In this document: positions 37,595 to 45,299 of the stretch, in pieces
Numbering within the stretch: position 1 is the first letter of the stretch
How the letters are laid out: the number at the start of each line of letters is the position of its first letter
IMG/VR virus record: IMGVR_UViG_3300027804_000049
Coordinates: 32,001-96,000 of that record
Length of the DNA stretch: 64,000 bases
Source of the DNA: a virus
Reading direction: 5' to 3' (one strand)
Made by a program: the position numbers and the translations under genes
The notes under the pieces: model-generated
What the model was told of the DNA's origin: nothing
Database searches by the model: none
Seen by the model: the letters and a program-made list of their open reading frames with translations, nothing else

Positions 37595-37765
37595 TCCTTC
37601 TTAGGTTAGGGATGGGATAACTCAATGCAGCCACCGCATTAAGCTTCTTGCTACCCTGCAGCTTCTCAGATTTGTGTCTGTCCTCTACCACTTGCACAGG
37701 GTTGGAGATATTAAGGTGCGTTAATAAAATAAACGTGCCTCCGTCTCTCCGTATTGAACTTACTG
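37595..37765 (-). promoter_or_regulatory. Long structured 5' leader of the transglycosylase gene (candidate cis-regulatory RNA)
   Basis: About 180 nt non-coding with stems GGAGA/TCTCC, ACCCTG/CAGGGT, CAGA/TCTG and AGCTTAATGCGG/CTGCATTGAGTT. Confidence 0.45.
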
Positions 37766-37813
37766 GTAAACTATACCATAATGAAAGTAAAACTTGACCC
37801 AAAGTAGGCAGTT

Positions 37814-38104
37814 TTACTTATTTTTCTTCTTGGCCTTTTCTTCCTCTGCCTTTAGCATTTGAGCTTCAATTTTAAGAAGAAGAGGAGTAAATAGCCTCGC
37901 TAGGGATTCAACATCACCTTGGACTTTTGCCTCATTCCGTTTCATGCGGCGAACACCTTTTTGTGCCGCGGTAATGAGTGGGCTGTCATGTACTACACCG
38001 TATAGTGGCACTATGACCACCTCCTCTCGTTCTGATGGGTTAATTATATCATCAGAAGGGGGGTCTTGTAAACCCCCCTCGAGAGGAGGCTGGTACCAAC
38101 TCAT
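37814..38104 (-). CDS. Hypothetical protein
   Basis: 96-aa ORF in the gene-dense minus-strand block. Confidence 0.5.
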   Translation of the reverse strand: MSWYQPPLEGGLQDPPSDDIINPSEREEVVIVPLYGVVHDSPLITAAQKGVRRMKRNEAKVQGDVESLARLFTPLLLKIEAQMLKAEEEKAKKKNK

Positions 38105-38117
38105 AGGTAAACCTACC

Positions 38118-38270
38118 TTAGTCCCTTTGAGACAGGCAGGCCATTGCGACCGAGGTTAACCCTAGGGCTAGGACCAACGTGCCTTTAGAAGGGTCCAGAA
38201 GGGCGATAAGAACCGCTAGAATAGAGCTGGCGGCTGATACCACGGCTGGCCACACAATGTTACGTAACAC
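38118..38270 (-). CDS. Small two-TM membrane protein (50 aa)
   Basis: Manual translation MLRNIVWPAVVSAASSILAVLIALLDPSKGTLVLALGLTSVAMACLSQRD. Confidence 0.5.
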   Translation of the reverse strand: MLRNIVWPAVVSAASSILAVLIALLDPSKGTLVLALGLTSVAMACLSQRD

Positions 38271-38282
38271 GGGGTCTAGACC

Positions 38283-38462
38283 TTACTTGCTCTTTCGGGT
38301 CTTACCCTTAAGGCGATCTGAGGTGTTACGGATTGGTGTGCCTGAGTCTGAGATGAGCTTACGAGCCTTGCCGTATGTAATGCCAAGCTCCTGGGCTACC
38401 TCAACTACGGACTTGCCAGCTGTATAAAGTGCAGCTGCCTGTTGTGATGACGCTGTTGTCAT
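38283..38462 (-). CDS. Small helix-turn-helix protein
   Basis: LYTAGKSVVEVAQELGITYGKARKLI...GTPIR; AAAGGA RBS before ATG 38462 (the ORF track starts further upstream at 38576). Confidence 0.7.
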   Translation of the reverse strand: MTTASSQQAAALYTAGKSVVEVAQELGITYGKARKLISDSGTPIRNTSDRLKGKTRKSK

Positions 38463-38572
38463 TTGTTTTCCTTTTCTCGTTTTTTCCTGTTTATTTTTAT
38501 TACCTTCGAGTGATAGTAATAAGACTCGCGACCGATCGATCAGATCGCGTGCCTCGTTGAGCAGACTACTGC

Positions 38573-39025
38573 TCAAGATTTATTTTTCTTTTCCGGTTTT
38601 GGAGGAACCTTCCCATGCTTGTTGCATAGCATCTTTCCTCCCCATGCGCTACGAGGTTTGACGTTTAGATCACAGTCAGTTCCATATCCTGCCGCATAGC
38701 AACGAACTCTGTCCTTGACAAGAATTGAATTGTTAATGGCAGCAATTGCGCGTTTGACAACTGAGTTGCTAATGGCAAATCCATTAGCCTCATGACAGGT
38801 CCAACACAGGTATTCATTTCTTCGATGTGCTGGATCTCTAAGTGCATTAGGTGCACCGCAGTTATCACAGTGTTGAATGTTCTTTCGAGTAAATACGATG
38901 TTTCGATAATCTGATGCACAAATCAACTTGTCATCAAGTTCATAGACGAGTACGTTTGTGTCACCGCACAAGGAACAGGTGTCATAAACATAGATCTGTT
39001 CTCGTTGAACAGTACCTCTTGTCAT
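38573..39025 (-). CDS. Multi-zinc-finger protein
   Basis: CSLC, CDNC, CWTC and C...C...CNKH motifs; GGAGG RBS. Confidence 0.6.
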   Translation of the reverse strand: MTRGTVQREQIYVYDTCSLCGDTNVLVYELDDKLICASDYRNIVFTRKNIQHCDNCGAPNALRDPAHRRNEYLCWTCHEANGFAISNSVVKRAIAAINNSILVKDRVRCYAAGYGTDCDLNVKPRSAWGGKMLCNKHGKVPPKPEKKNKS

Positions 39026-39082
39026 TGATCCTCCGTAATCGTCCTTAGGAAAAACTATAATCCTTTTTCCTACGTTTGTAAA

Positions 39083-39358
39083 CTATTGAATCGGGTGAAC
39101 TACGCCAAGGAGCGTTTGGTTCGCGGCAGATGCCTTGTTGAACTCTTTTTCCGCCATGTGGTCATAGGTTGCCGCGATAAGAATAGCAGGAAGACAGAAG
39201 GCTATTAGCCCAGTCATTGATGCAAGGAAGTGAATCCAAGATCCACCTACCGCAAGCACTACCATCGCAATTGCCCATAATCCTGACATTACCTTAAGTG
39301 AGAACGAGATACGACGGAATTGAAATCCGCGTCTACGAAGTTCCTTTGCTGTTTTCAT
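39083..39358 (-). CDS. Two-TM membrane protein
   Basis: Two hydrophobic helices; AAGGAG RBS. Confidence 0.6.
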   Translation of the reverse strand: MKTAKELRRRGFQFRRISFSLKVMSGLWAIAMVVLAVGGSWIHFLASMTGLIAFCLPAILIAATYDHMAEKEFNKASAANQTLLGVVHPIQ

Positions 39359-39368
39359 TTTTATCTCC

Positions 39369-39530
39369 TTAGTTTAGAGTTGCGATTCCAATAATTGTGC
39401 AAAGAACAACTGCAAGAAGTGCAGGCCATGGGCCGCTTGCTAGATTCTCATCTGCCGAGTCTTTAATGTTACCTAAAAAATCTGAAACTTCATCCATGCA
39501 ATTACCGAAGAAATCTGATACTGAGTTCAT
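39369..39530 (-). CDS. Small membrane protein (53 aa) with an internal VSDF(F/L)GN repeat
   Basis: Manual translation; promoter motif at 39561 and GAAAGGGG RBS. Confidence 0.55.
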   Translation of the reverse strand: MNSVSDFFGNCMDEVSDFLGNIKDSADENLASGPWPALLAVVLCTIIGIATLN

Positions 39531-39610
39531 TTTGAGCCCCTTTCGTGAGCTTGTCGTTGGTACTATTATATCAGGAAGATCCCGGATATTGGCTATATCC
39601 GACTAATATT

Positions 39611-39679
39611 TTAGAATTTACAGCCAGGACAATCAGAGCGTAGGCAGTCACCGCATATTACTTTATTGTCTTTTTCCAT
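39611..39679 (-). CDS. 22-aa Cys4 microprotein
   Basis: MEKDNKVICGDCLRSDCPGCKF; own promoter (39703) and GAAAGGGA RBS. Confidence 0.55.
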   Translation of the reverse strand: MEKDNKVICGDCLRSDCPGCKF

Positions 39680-39726
39680 TTTAGTCCCTTTCCTGAGCTT
39701 GGTACTATTATATCAGGTAGGTCAGG

Positions 39727-39853
39727 AAAATAAAGGAAGCCAGGTGGGAATGGGACCACCTGGCTCCTTGGAAAGGGTGTCTACAACTTGAACGAATTGG
39801 AGGTACGTCCAAGGAGACCCTTGGCATAAGGTATGAACGGACCTTTGCCAAGT
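39727..39853 (-). ncRNA. Putative three-hairpin small RNA with C-rich loops
   Basis: TGATATAAT promoter at 39860-39868; hairpins CTTGGCA/TGCCAAG and CTTGGACG/CGTTCAAG; terminator AGCCAGGTGG/CCACCTGGCT followed by TTTATTTT; no ORF. Confidence 0.6.
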
Positions 39854-39865
39854 AGGATAATTATA

Positions 39866-40798
39866 TCATACCCACGAGAATAAACGAACCTCTTCATAGA
39901 CCGTACCTACAACCTCGCTCCAAATTTGCGGTGTGTGGTCAAAAGGTTGATACCCACCAGCTCCTCCGATGAGGACTCGGCCTTGAGCATATGTGTTGGC
40001 AATTTGACCTACGACCTTAGCCGCATACTTGTATCCAGGGTAATCGAAGTTAAGGGTTGACAACGGATCTGAAATGTGAGCATCAGCTCCAGTAGCCAAC
40101 AACACAACATCTGGTTGGATCTTGTGTGATAGCTCAGCAACTTGATCTACCGCATCGCGAAATGCATCATCACCGGAGCCTGGATCTAACGCCCAGTTAT
40201 AAATACCGAACGAAGGCTTATGTCCATCAAGACCTGTACCTGGAAAAATCACAGAGTCGTGAATCGAGCATGTAACAATATCTCTTGAGCTGGCAAGTAG
40301 ATTCTCAACGCCATCACCATGATGCGCATCCCAGTCGATATACATAACCTTCATGCCATTACGATGAAATTCCTTTGCAGCCCAAGCCATGTCGTTAAAC
40401 ACGCAAAATCCTGAGCTGTGATTACGTTGAGCATGGTGCTTAGCTCCCTGAGGATTAAAGCCAACCTTTAAGTCACCCGCAAGCATTTTTTCTGTAAGAC
40501 GAACTGTTCCGGCAAACATGTGTAATGCGACCTTACCCTTGTGGGTATCGTCTGGTCTCCATTCACCGCAATGCCCAAGGTCAAGAACCTTTGAAACATA
40601 TTCCTTATCGTGAATGGACTCTACGTGAGCTCTATCCGTATCAAGGATGTCTGGTTTTATAATGACGACGTCGTGGTTTTCCTGCAACATCTGTGTTGCA
40701 TACTTTGCACGAACCGGATTTGTTGGATGCTCGAAATCTGAGCTACCAAGTTTCCAATCAAGATACACATCGTCGTATGAGATATGTAGCTTAGTCAT
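39866..40798 (-). CDS. Histone deacetylase/AcuC-family Zn-dependent deacetylase
   Basis: HPTNPVR, GAKHHA, GFCVFND, IDWDAHHGDGVE, SIH...FPGTG, GADAH..DPL, GGAGGY. Confidence 0.92.
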   Translation of the reverse strand: MTKLHISYDDVYLDWKLGSSDFEHPTNPVRAKYATQMLQENHDVVIIKPDILDTDRAHVESIHDKEYVSKVLDLGHCGEWRPDDTHKGKVALHMFAGTVRLTEKMLAGDLKVGFNPQGAKHHAQRNHSSGFCVFNDMAWAAKEFHRNGMKVMYIDWDAHHGDGVENLLASSRDIVTCSIHDSVIFPGTGLDGHKPSFGIYNWALDPGSGDDAFRDAVDQVAELSHKIQPDVVLLATGADAHISDPLSTLNFDYPGYKYAAKVVGQIANTYAQGRVLIGGAGGYQPFDHTPQIWSEVVGTVYEEVRLFSWV

Positions 40799-41309
40799 TT
40801 AACTTCAACTCCCTTAGATATTTCTCAAAGCTTTGATTTATCAAGACAGCGCTTGAACGCTTTGTCCGCATTAGCTCAATAGCTTGCTCAGCTGTATAGC
40901 CTTCAAGCATGAGAACAATTCCCATAGTTAAGCCAGATCTATTGATTCCAGCTTGACATCTAACAAGAACATTCTTGCCAGACTTCCACTGTTCGTGTGC
41001 ATATTTAGCCGCACGCATTAGTGTAGCCTCATCAAAGCTGGAGTTGTCATCGTAAAATCCGTAACGAACTTCCTCGACAAACCAGTCAACTGGTCGTGCC
41101 CATGCATAGAGCGTGACGACTACCTCGAAATCGTTTTTTGTTATTGCACGAGGACCTAATGTGTTGGCCTCGTAATCAATCGTGTCAAAATCATCTGTTC
41201 CACCAAGCCAAAGCCCTGAAAGGATCTCGCTCCATAGAGGAAAGTTCCAGTCAATTTCGTGCTGCGGTGCAGCACCAAGTTCCTCTGTACTGTAAGTTGC
41301 CATTGTCAT
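40791..41309 (-). CDS. Dual-specificity/tyrosine protein phosphatase
   Basis: VLVRCQAGINRS (CX5R), SEILSGLWLGG; true start ATG 41309 after GAAAGGA, because the ORF-track extension runs through the tRNA. Confidence 0.88.
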   Translation of the reverse strand: MTMATYSTEELGAAPQHEIDWNFPLWSEILSGLWLGGTDDFDTIDYEANTLGPRAITKNDFEVVVTLYAWARPVDWFVEEVRYGFYDDNSSFDEATLMRAAKYAHEQWKSGKNVLVRCQAGINRSGLTMGIVLMLEGYTAEQAIELMRTKRSSAVLINQSFEKYLRELKLND

Positions 41310-41381
41310 GCGTCCTTTCGAATCGGTGGGACAGGGTCCCCATAGGTCTATTATATCAGGTTTGTAAACAACTCTAAAACA

Positions 41382-41457
41382 TGGAGCGGACGACGGGGGT
41401 CGAACCCGCGACCTGAACCTTGGCAAGGTTCCGCGCTACCAACTGCGCTACGTCCGC
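41382..41457 (-). tRNA. tRNA-Gly (GCC) with encoded CCA
   Basis: GCGGACGTAGCGCAGTTGGTAGCGCGGAACCTTGCCAAGGTTCAGGTCGCGGGTTCGACCCCCGTCGTCCGCTCCA; full cloverleaf, U73 discriminator. Confidence 0.96.
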
Positions 41458-42020
41458 TAGAACTTCTGGGACTTTATAACGATAGGTTCAGCTGAGTAAA
41501 TATCCCACTTGATTGCAGCAGCTATCGCTTTTTTAATATTCTCTTCTGCTTGTTTCAGTGTCTTTGCTGGACCTAGAATCTCTAGAGCTCCAAGCACAAC
41601 GTCTCCTCCTGAACCACCGTAATAAACATTACGAACATCTCTGTCCCAAGAGTAGTCTTCGAAAATCGGATATATGACACCACGCACTGCAACTAAAAAC
41701 ATTGAGTCATGAGCTGCCGCATCTCCGTCCTCCTTCATGTCATAACCAGCTTCAATAAAAGCTCGCCGCATCTCTGGAACAAACTTTTTAGTCATAAAGG
41801 AATCTAAGTTTTCTGCGCTGTTCGGTGGTTTTGGTGGAGTCCAGCCAAACTGAAGAATGTTAGATCCACGACTTGCACCAGCTCCAGCAATTAGGTATGG
41901 TCCGTTTTCGATGACCTTATGAGTTGCCATAGTTGTGTATCGACCTGACTCTTCAGAAGCTCTAGAGTCGCATCCAATAACACACCAACCATTGCCTTGA
42001 ATCGCGGCAAGCGTAGTCAT
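41457..42020 (-). CDS. Proteasome-beta/HslV-like Ntn-hydrolase protease
   Basis: N-terminal MTT nucleophile, GCDSR...K, GGSGG, A..WDIYS pattern. Confidence 0.8.
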   Translation of the reverse strand: MTTLAAIQGNGWCVIGCDSRASEESGRYTTMATHKVIENGPYLIAGAGASRGSNILQFGWTPPKPPNSAENLDSFMTKKFVPEMRRAFIEAGYDMKEDGDAAAHDSMFLVAVRGVIYPIFEDYSWDRDVRNVYYGGSGGDVVLGALEILGPAKTLKQAEENIKKAIAAAIKWDIYSAEPIVIKSQKF

Positions 42021-42091
42021 ATTTCTCCCCCAGGGTAGTGGCCTTACGCCTGGGCAAATGTATACCAGGCGCTTGGGCTACGTCTAAAATA

Positions 42092-42424
42092 TTATGCTGG
42101 GTCGATTATACCGAGTGGCACAGTCACATTTGATGACTGAACCTCGCCATTAGGAAGATATCTTGCGAATCTTCCCATAGGTGTCTCGAGTCTTACCACT
42201 ACTTTTGTGCGGTTTTTCGAGATTACAGTTGCATACTGCCCAACCATGTACCGCGTACCTGTAAGTTCATTAAACTTAACTCTATCACCAACGCCAAAGT
42301 CGGCAATGGTACGAACATTCCTTACTGTCTTACGGCGGTCTTCAATAGCCTTTGCGATACTTTCGAGGTCAGCATCAAACTGCCCTTCGGCAATACTCGC
42401 AAGTAGGGTTGTCTTTGTTTCCAT
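42092..42424 (-). CDS. Hypothetical protein with an SH3/KOW-like C-terminus
   Basis: FGVGDRVKF...G..ATVISKNRTKVVV; promoter at 42450 and AGGAGGGG RBS. Confidence 0.6.
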   Translation of the reverse strand: METKTTLLASIAEGQFDADLESIAKAIEDRRKTVRNVRTIADFGVGDRVKFNELTGTRYMVGQYATVISKNRTKVVVRLETPMGRFARYLPNGEVQSSNVTVPLGIIDPA

Positions 42425-42459
42425 ATTGTTCCCCTCCTTTTGGGTAGGGTACTATTATA

Positions 42460-42642
42460 TCATACTTTTGACAGGAATGTAACATCTCCGGGGTAGAATC
42501 TTTTCCCGTGAAGGTCATCAACCAGCTTTAAGGCAAGAGCTACCGCTGCTGTCTCACTGGAACTGATGACCTCGAGTTCACGAGTATCGTCACTTGTGTT
42601 TCTAGCGTTAAGCCTTACCTTGTATCGGTAAGCTTTTGGCAT
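42460..42642 (-). CDS. Hypothetical protein
   Basis: TAATG-coupled; stop codon lies inside a promoter motif. Confidence 0.5.
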   Translation of the reverse strand: MPKAYRYKVRLNARNTSDDTRELEVISSSETAAVALALKLVDDLHGKRFYPGDVTFLSKV

Positions 42643-42887
42643 TAGGCATCAACCTCAGCTTTGAGGTATTGAATCCCTTCAGACTTTTGTGCCTCGTCTT
42701 GTTCCCACGGCAAACGTGTTCTATCAATATCAAGTAAGCTGTTGGTAAACATTACCGCAGTCTTCTTTGCAGCGCCCAATGTTGTATGGGCAGCATAACG
42801 TTCCTCGCCTGATGCGAGATCCTTTACCTTTACGAGCCACGCGGATTGCGGAGCTTTATTTTTGAGTAGAGTTGCTACTACACTCAT
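42642..42887 (-). CDS. Hypothetical protein
   Basis: Promoter at 42922 and GAGGA RBS. Confidence 0.6.
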   Translation of the reverse strand: MSVVATLLKNKAPQSAWLVKVKDLASGEERYAAHTTLGAAKKTAVMFTNSLLDIDRTRLPWEQDEAQKSEGIQYLKAEVDA

Positions 42888-42924
42888 CGTTTCCTCTTTT
42901 CTTTGTCTTTGTGTTATAAACCTA

Positions 42925-43242
42925 TTATATCAGGTCTTCGTCATCATCCGAATTAGAGCGAGATCGTACCTCTTCCTGTTGGTCCCACATCTCTTGGCGA
43001 AGAGCACGTTCGTACTCATCACCGCGATACGAGTTAGAACCAAAGGAGATGTCCTCATCTTGATGAAGCTTATCTAAGCTAAGAACCGCGGTGTGTCCTG
43101 AAGCTGCAAACATGATTACGAGCTTTACGTCACCTTCGTTTGCATCATCAACTAAAGCTACCGCAAAGGGAAGTCCTGCGACACCATTGCGATGATAAGC
43201 TAGATCAAGTATTTGTAATCTATCTGGGTCAACTCTTGTCAC
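42925..43242 (-). CDS. Hypothetical protein
   Basis: YHRNGVAG.PF motif; stop TAA lies inside TATAAT of the next promoter. Confidence 0.6.
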   Translation of the reverse strand: MTRVDPDRLQILDLAYHRNGVAGLPFAVALVDDANEGDVKLVIMFAASGHTAVLSLDKLHQDEDISFGSNSYRGDEYERALRQEMWDQQEEVRSRSNSDDDEDLI

Positions 43243-43400
43243 GAGGCTTTCCTTTCAGCAGTACTTGGTCTTTTCTTTGTAATCGTGCAACCTTCAAGCT
43301 TTTGTCTTGCTATCCAGTCCTTAGCTGTTTTCTCATCAGAGAACTGACCTAGCCACTTGTCTCCTTGAAAGACGTTAACGAGTTTGTATAGATTACTCAT
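43239..43400 (-). CDS. Small hypothetical protein (53 aa)
   Basis: Manual translation MSNLYKLVNVFQGDKWLGQFSDEKTAKDWI...; ATGA/GTGA overlaps on both sides. Confidence 0.55.
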   Translation of the reverse strand: MSNLYKLVNVFQGDKWLGQFSDEKTAKDWIARQKLEGCTITKKRPSTAERKAS

Positions 43401-44056
43401 ATCGCAGCTCGATTCTTTTTAATGATTGGTTTGTAAGACTTACTACTCGCACCAAGAGCTGGAGTCATGTATCCGTATCTTACAAGACGGAAGCGTAGTG
43501 CTCCATGAGTGACGCCAAGCTTCTTAGCAAGATGATAAAGCGTAACCTTTTCCTGGCTATGAACTTTCCAAAGAAGAGCCGCATACTCTTCAGCCTCTTT
43601 GCGATATTTCGGAGAATGACTACGAACAAGTTGCGCAAAGGGTTGAAGCTCAAGTAAGCGAGCTAGACTCTGTGCATCTGGCTCGTAGGGTTCGTATTTG
43701 TACTTGATGATAGTCTCTGTTGGGAGAGCTGGAATTGGAAATTCCTCAGGGAACATCTTGATTTGCTCAATTAAGTCCTGGCCAATGCTGACGTCGATTT
43801 GTCGAATTCGTTCTCTAGTCAAGTCTGTTGCATCCGCGATTGACTGTAAAGTCCAGCCCGCATGTCGTAGTGCAGCAATGTAGGAATTTCTCACCAAAGC
43901 ATCACTCTCTTTCTCTCTGTGAAGAGAGGTGCCAAATGACTTAAGGATAAGTCTAACGTTTTCAGGTAAAACCTGATTGTTTAGTATCGCATGAGTTTCC
44001 TCAATGGAAACGAGCTTGCTGAAGTCTTTTCGTGTTAGTCTCTGTGTTTGTGTCAT
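43397..44056 (-). CDS. Double-HTH regulator (sigma region 4-like first HTH)
   Basis: WTLQSIADATDLTRERIRQI and VTLYHLAKKLGVTHGALRFRL; leaderless start 6 nt after TATAAT. Confidence 0.7.
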   Translation of the reverse strand: MTQTQRLTRKDFSKLVSIEETHAILNNQVLPENVRLILKSFGTSLHREKESDALVRNSYIAALRHAGWTLQSIADATDLTRERIRQIDVSIGQDLIEQIKMFPEEFPIPALPTETIIKYKYEPYEPDAQSLARLLELQPFAQLVRSHSPKYRKEAEEYAALLWKVHSQEKVTLYHLAKKLGVTHGALRFRLVRYGYMTPALGASSKSYKPIIKKNRAAI

Positions 44057-44095
44057 GGATATATTATATCATACTTTCTTTAGAAAGTAAAATGA

Positions 44096-44123
44096 AGCTG
44101 GGCCACTTCTCCTTAGCCCAGCT
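44096..44123 (-). terminator. Terminator hairpin
   Basis: AGCTGGGC/GCCCAGCT followed by TCATTTT on the minus strand. Confidence 0.55.
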
Positions 44124-44133
44124 CCAAGTGGTA

Positions 44134-44409
44134 CTACTTCTTAGGGAACTTCTTTTGTCCGCGTCTGATTGCAGACATGGTCGTTGAAGCTTCCTTTGTA
44201 GTGTTTACCTGAATCTTCTCACCTGTGGAGGTATTGAAGATCAGATAGTGTGAGCTATCCACCGCACGTAAAACCGCAAGGGTCTTACGCTTACGGAAGT
44301 AAGCTGGCTTGTAACCATTTGGAAGTTTGACTCCGCGAGCCAAGGGAGGAAGCTGCTCTATGCGAGTTCCAGGCTTGGCACGAGCTGGAGATTTGATCTT
44401 CGCAGTCAT
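44134..44409 (-). CDS. Small basic protein
   Basis: K/R rich; GACGAAAGGA RBS. Confidence 0.6.
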   Translation of the reverse strand: MTAKIKSPARAKPGTRIEQLPPLARGVKLPNGYKPAYFRKRKTLAVLRAVDSSHYLIFNTSTGEKIQVNTTKEASTTMSAIRRGQKKFPKK

Positions 44410-44490
44410 GGTGTCCTTTCGTCTTTTATGAGCGCCTTGCTCATACTTGCTTATCTATTATATACAGATAAGGCAAATCTGTAAAATCAG

Positions 44491-44691
44491 TTAGGACAGG
44501 GCGAGTGGGTTACACTCGGGTAGAACGTGAGTTCTCCATTCACGGATAATCCTGTCAAAGGTACCCGTATACCCAAACTCCTTAGCTCGAAGGAGAATGG
44601 CGTAGTCCGCAAGGGACTCAGCCCAAACCTCTTCATGGTCCTTTGAGTTTTGAGCGGAGCAGCTTACGCAGAAATCTTGTTTTGTTTCCAC
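44491..44691 (-). CDS. Hypothetical protein (CxxC...HxxxxC)
   Basis: ORF track; AAGGA RBS. Confidence 0.5.
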   Translation of the reverse strand: METKQDFCVSCSAQNSKDHEEVWAESLADYAILLRAKEFGYTGTFDRIIREWRTHVLPECNPLALS

Positions 44692-44798
44692 GATTGGTCC
44701 TTGATCTTTTGTTGTAGCTCGCGATTTGGCACGAGCGCCAGAAGAACGAGACCGAGCTCTTCCTCGGTAAGTTTAATTGTGTACTCAACATTACTCAC
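44664..44798 (-). CDS. Small hypothetical protein (44 aa)
   Basis: Manual translation MSNVEYTIKLTEEELGLVLLALVPN...; GGAGG RBS. Confidence 0.45.
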   Translation of the reverse strand: MSNVEYTIKLTEEELGLVLLALVPNRELQQKIKDQSWKQNKISA

Positions 44799-44973
44799 TT
44801 TGAGCCTCCTCTAATTCCTTAAGGAATACTTCAATGTCCTTCTTGATGAAGTAGAAAGCATTACCGCATGAGTAGCAATACGCCTCAGTCATAGGGATCT
44901 CTCGGCAAAATGCGTCGATACCCGAGTGAATCAGGTCGGTGTTTTCGCAACCTTGCACTTGGCATTTTTTCAT
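44791..44973 (-). CDS. Small Zn-ribbon protein
   Basis: CQVQGC...CYSC; consensus RBS. Confidence 0.6.
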   Translation of the reverse strand: MKKCQVQGCENTDLIHSGIDAFCREIPMTEAYCYSCGNAFYFIKKDIEVFLKELEEAQSE

Positions 44974-45082
44974 TTTCGTCCTTTCGTCGTTTGATTTGGC
45001 AGCTCAGAGGACCTACCGCAGACGACCGCTGTAGTGAGCGATGTTCCGCGTGCCCCTGAACTGTTAGTACTATTATATCAGG

Positions 45083-45295
45083 TTATGGAGTAAACTCTAA
45101 TACTTTCTTTGCCCAGCTTGCGAGCTTTGGTTCAAACTTGTTTTTGTGGTGGCCGCATAGGTATAGGTCGCCGGAGTCGCCGGAGATCTTCCAAAGGGCA
45201 CGGGCAACGCGGCACGCGTCACATTGGACATACTCAGAGAAGGTCGTTGGCTCCAAAGGAGCCTGAGCTTCAAGCACCGCACCTGTCTCACTCAT
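45083..45295 (-). CDS. Small Zn-finger protein
   Basis: CDAC...LYLCGHH. Confidence 0.6.
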   Translation of the reverse strand: MSETGAVLEAQAPLEPTTFSEYVQCDACRVARALWKISGDSGDLYLCGHHKNKFEPKLASWAKKVLEFTP

Positions 45296-45299
45296 GAGA

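Noticed and set aside
37595-37765. c-di-AMP (ydaO) riboswitch
   Set aside because: The context fits, but I cannot find the characteristic conserved segments; left as an unassigned leader.
41310-41426. N-terminal extension of the phosphatase given by the ORF track
   Set aside because: It runs through the tRNA and the promoter; ATG 41309 has a proper RBS.
41382-41457. tRNA as an attP/integration site
   Set aside because: No integrase and no duplicated tRNA 3' fragment in the window.
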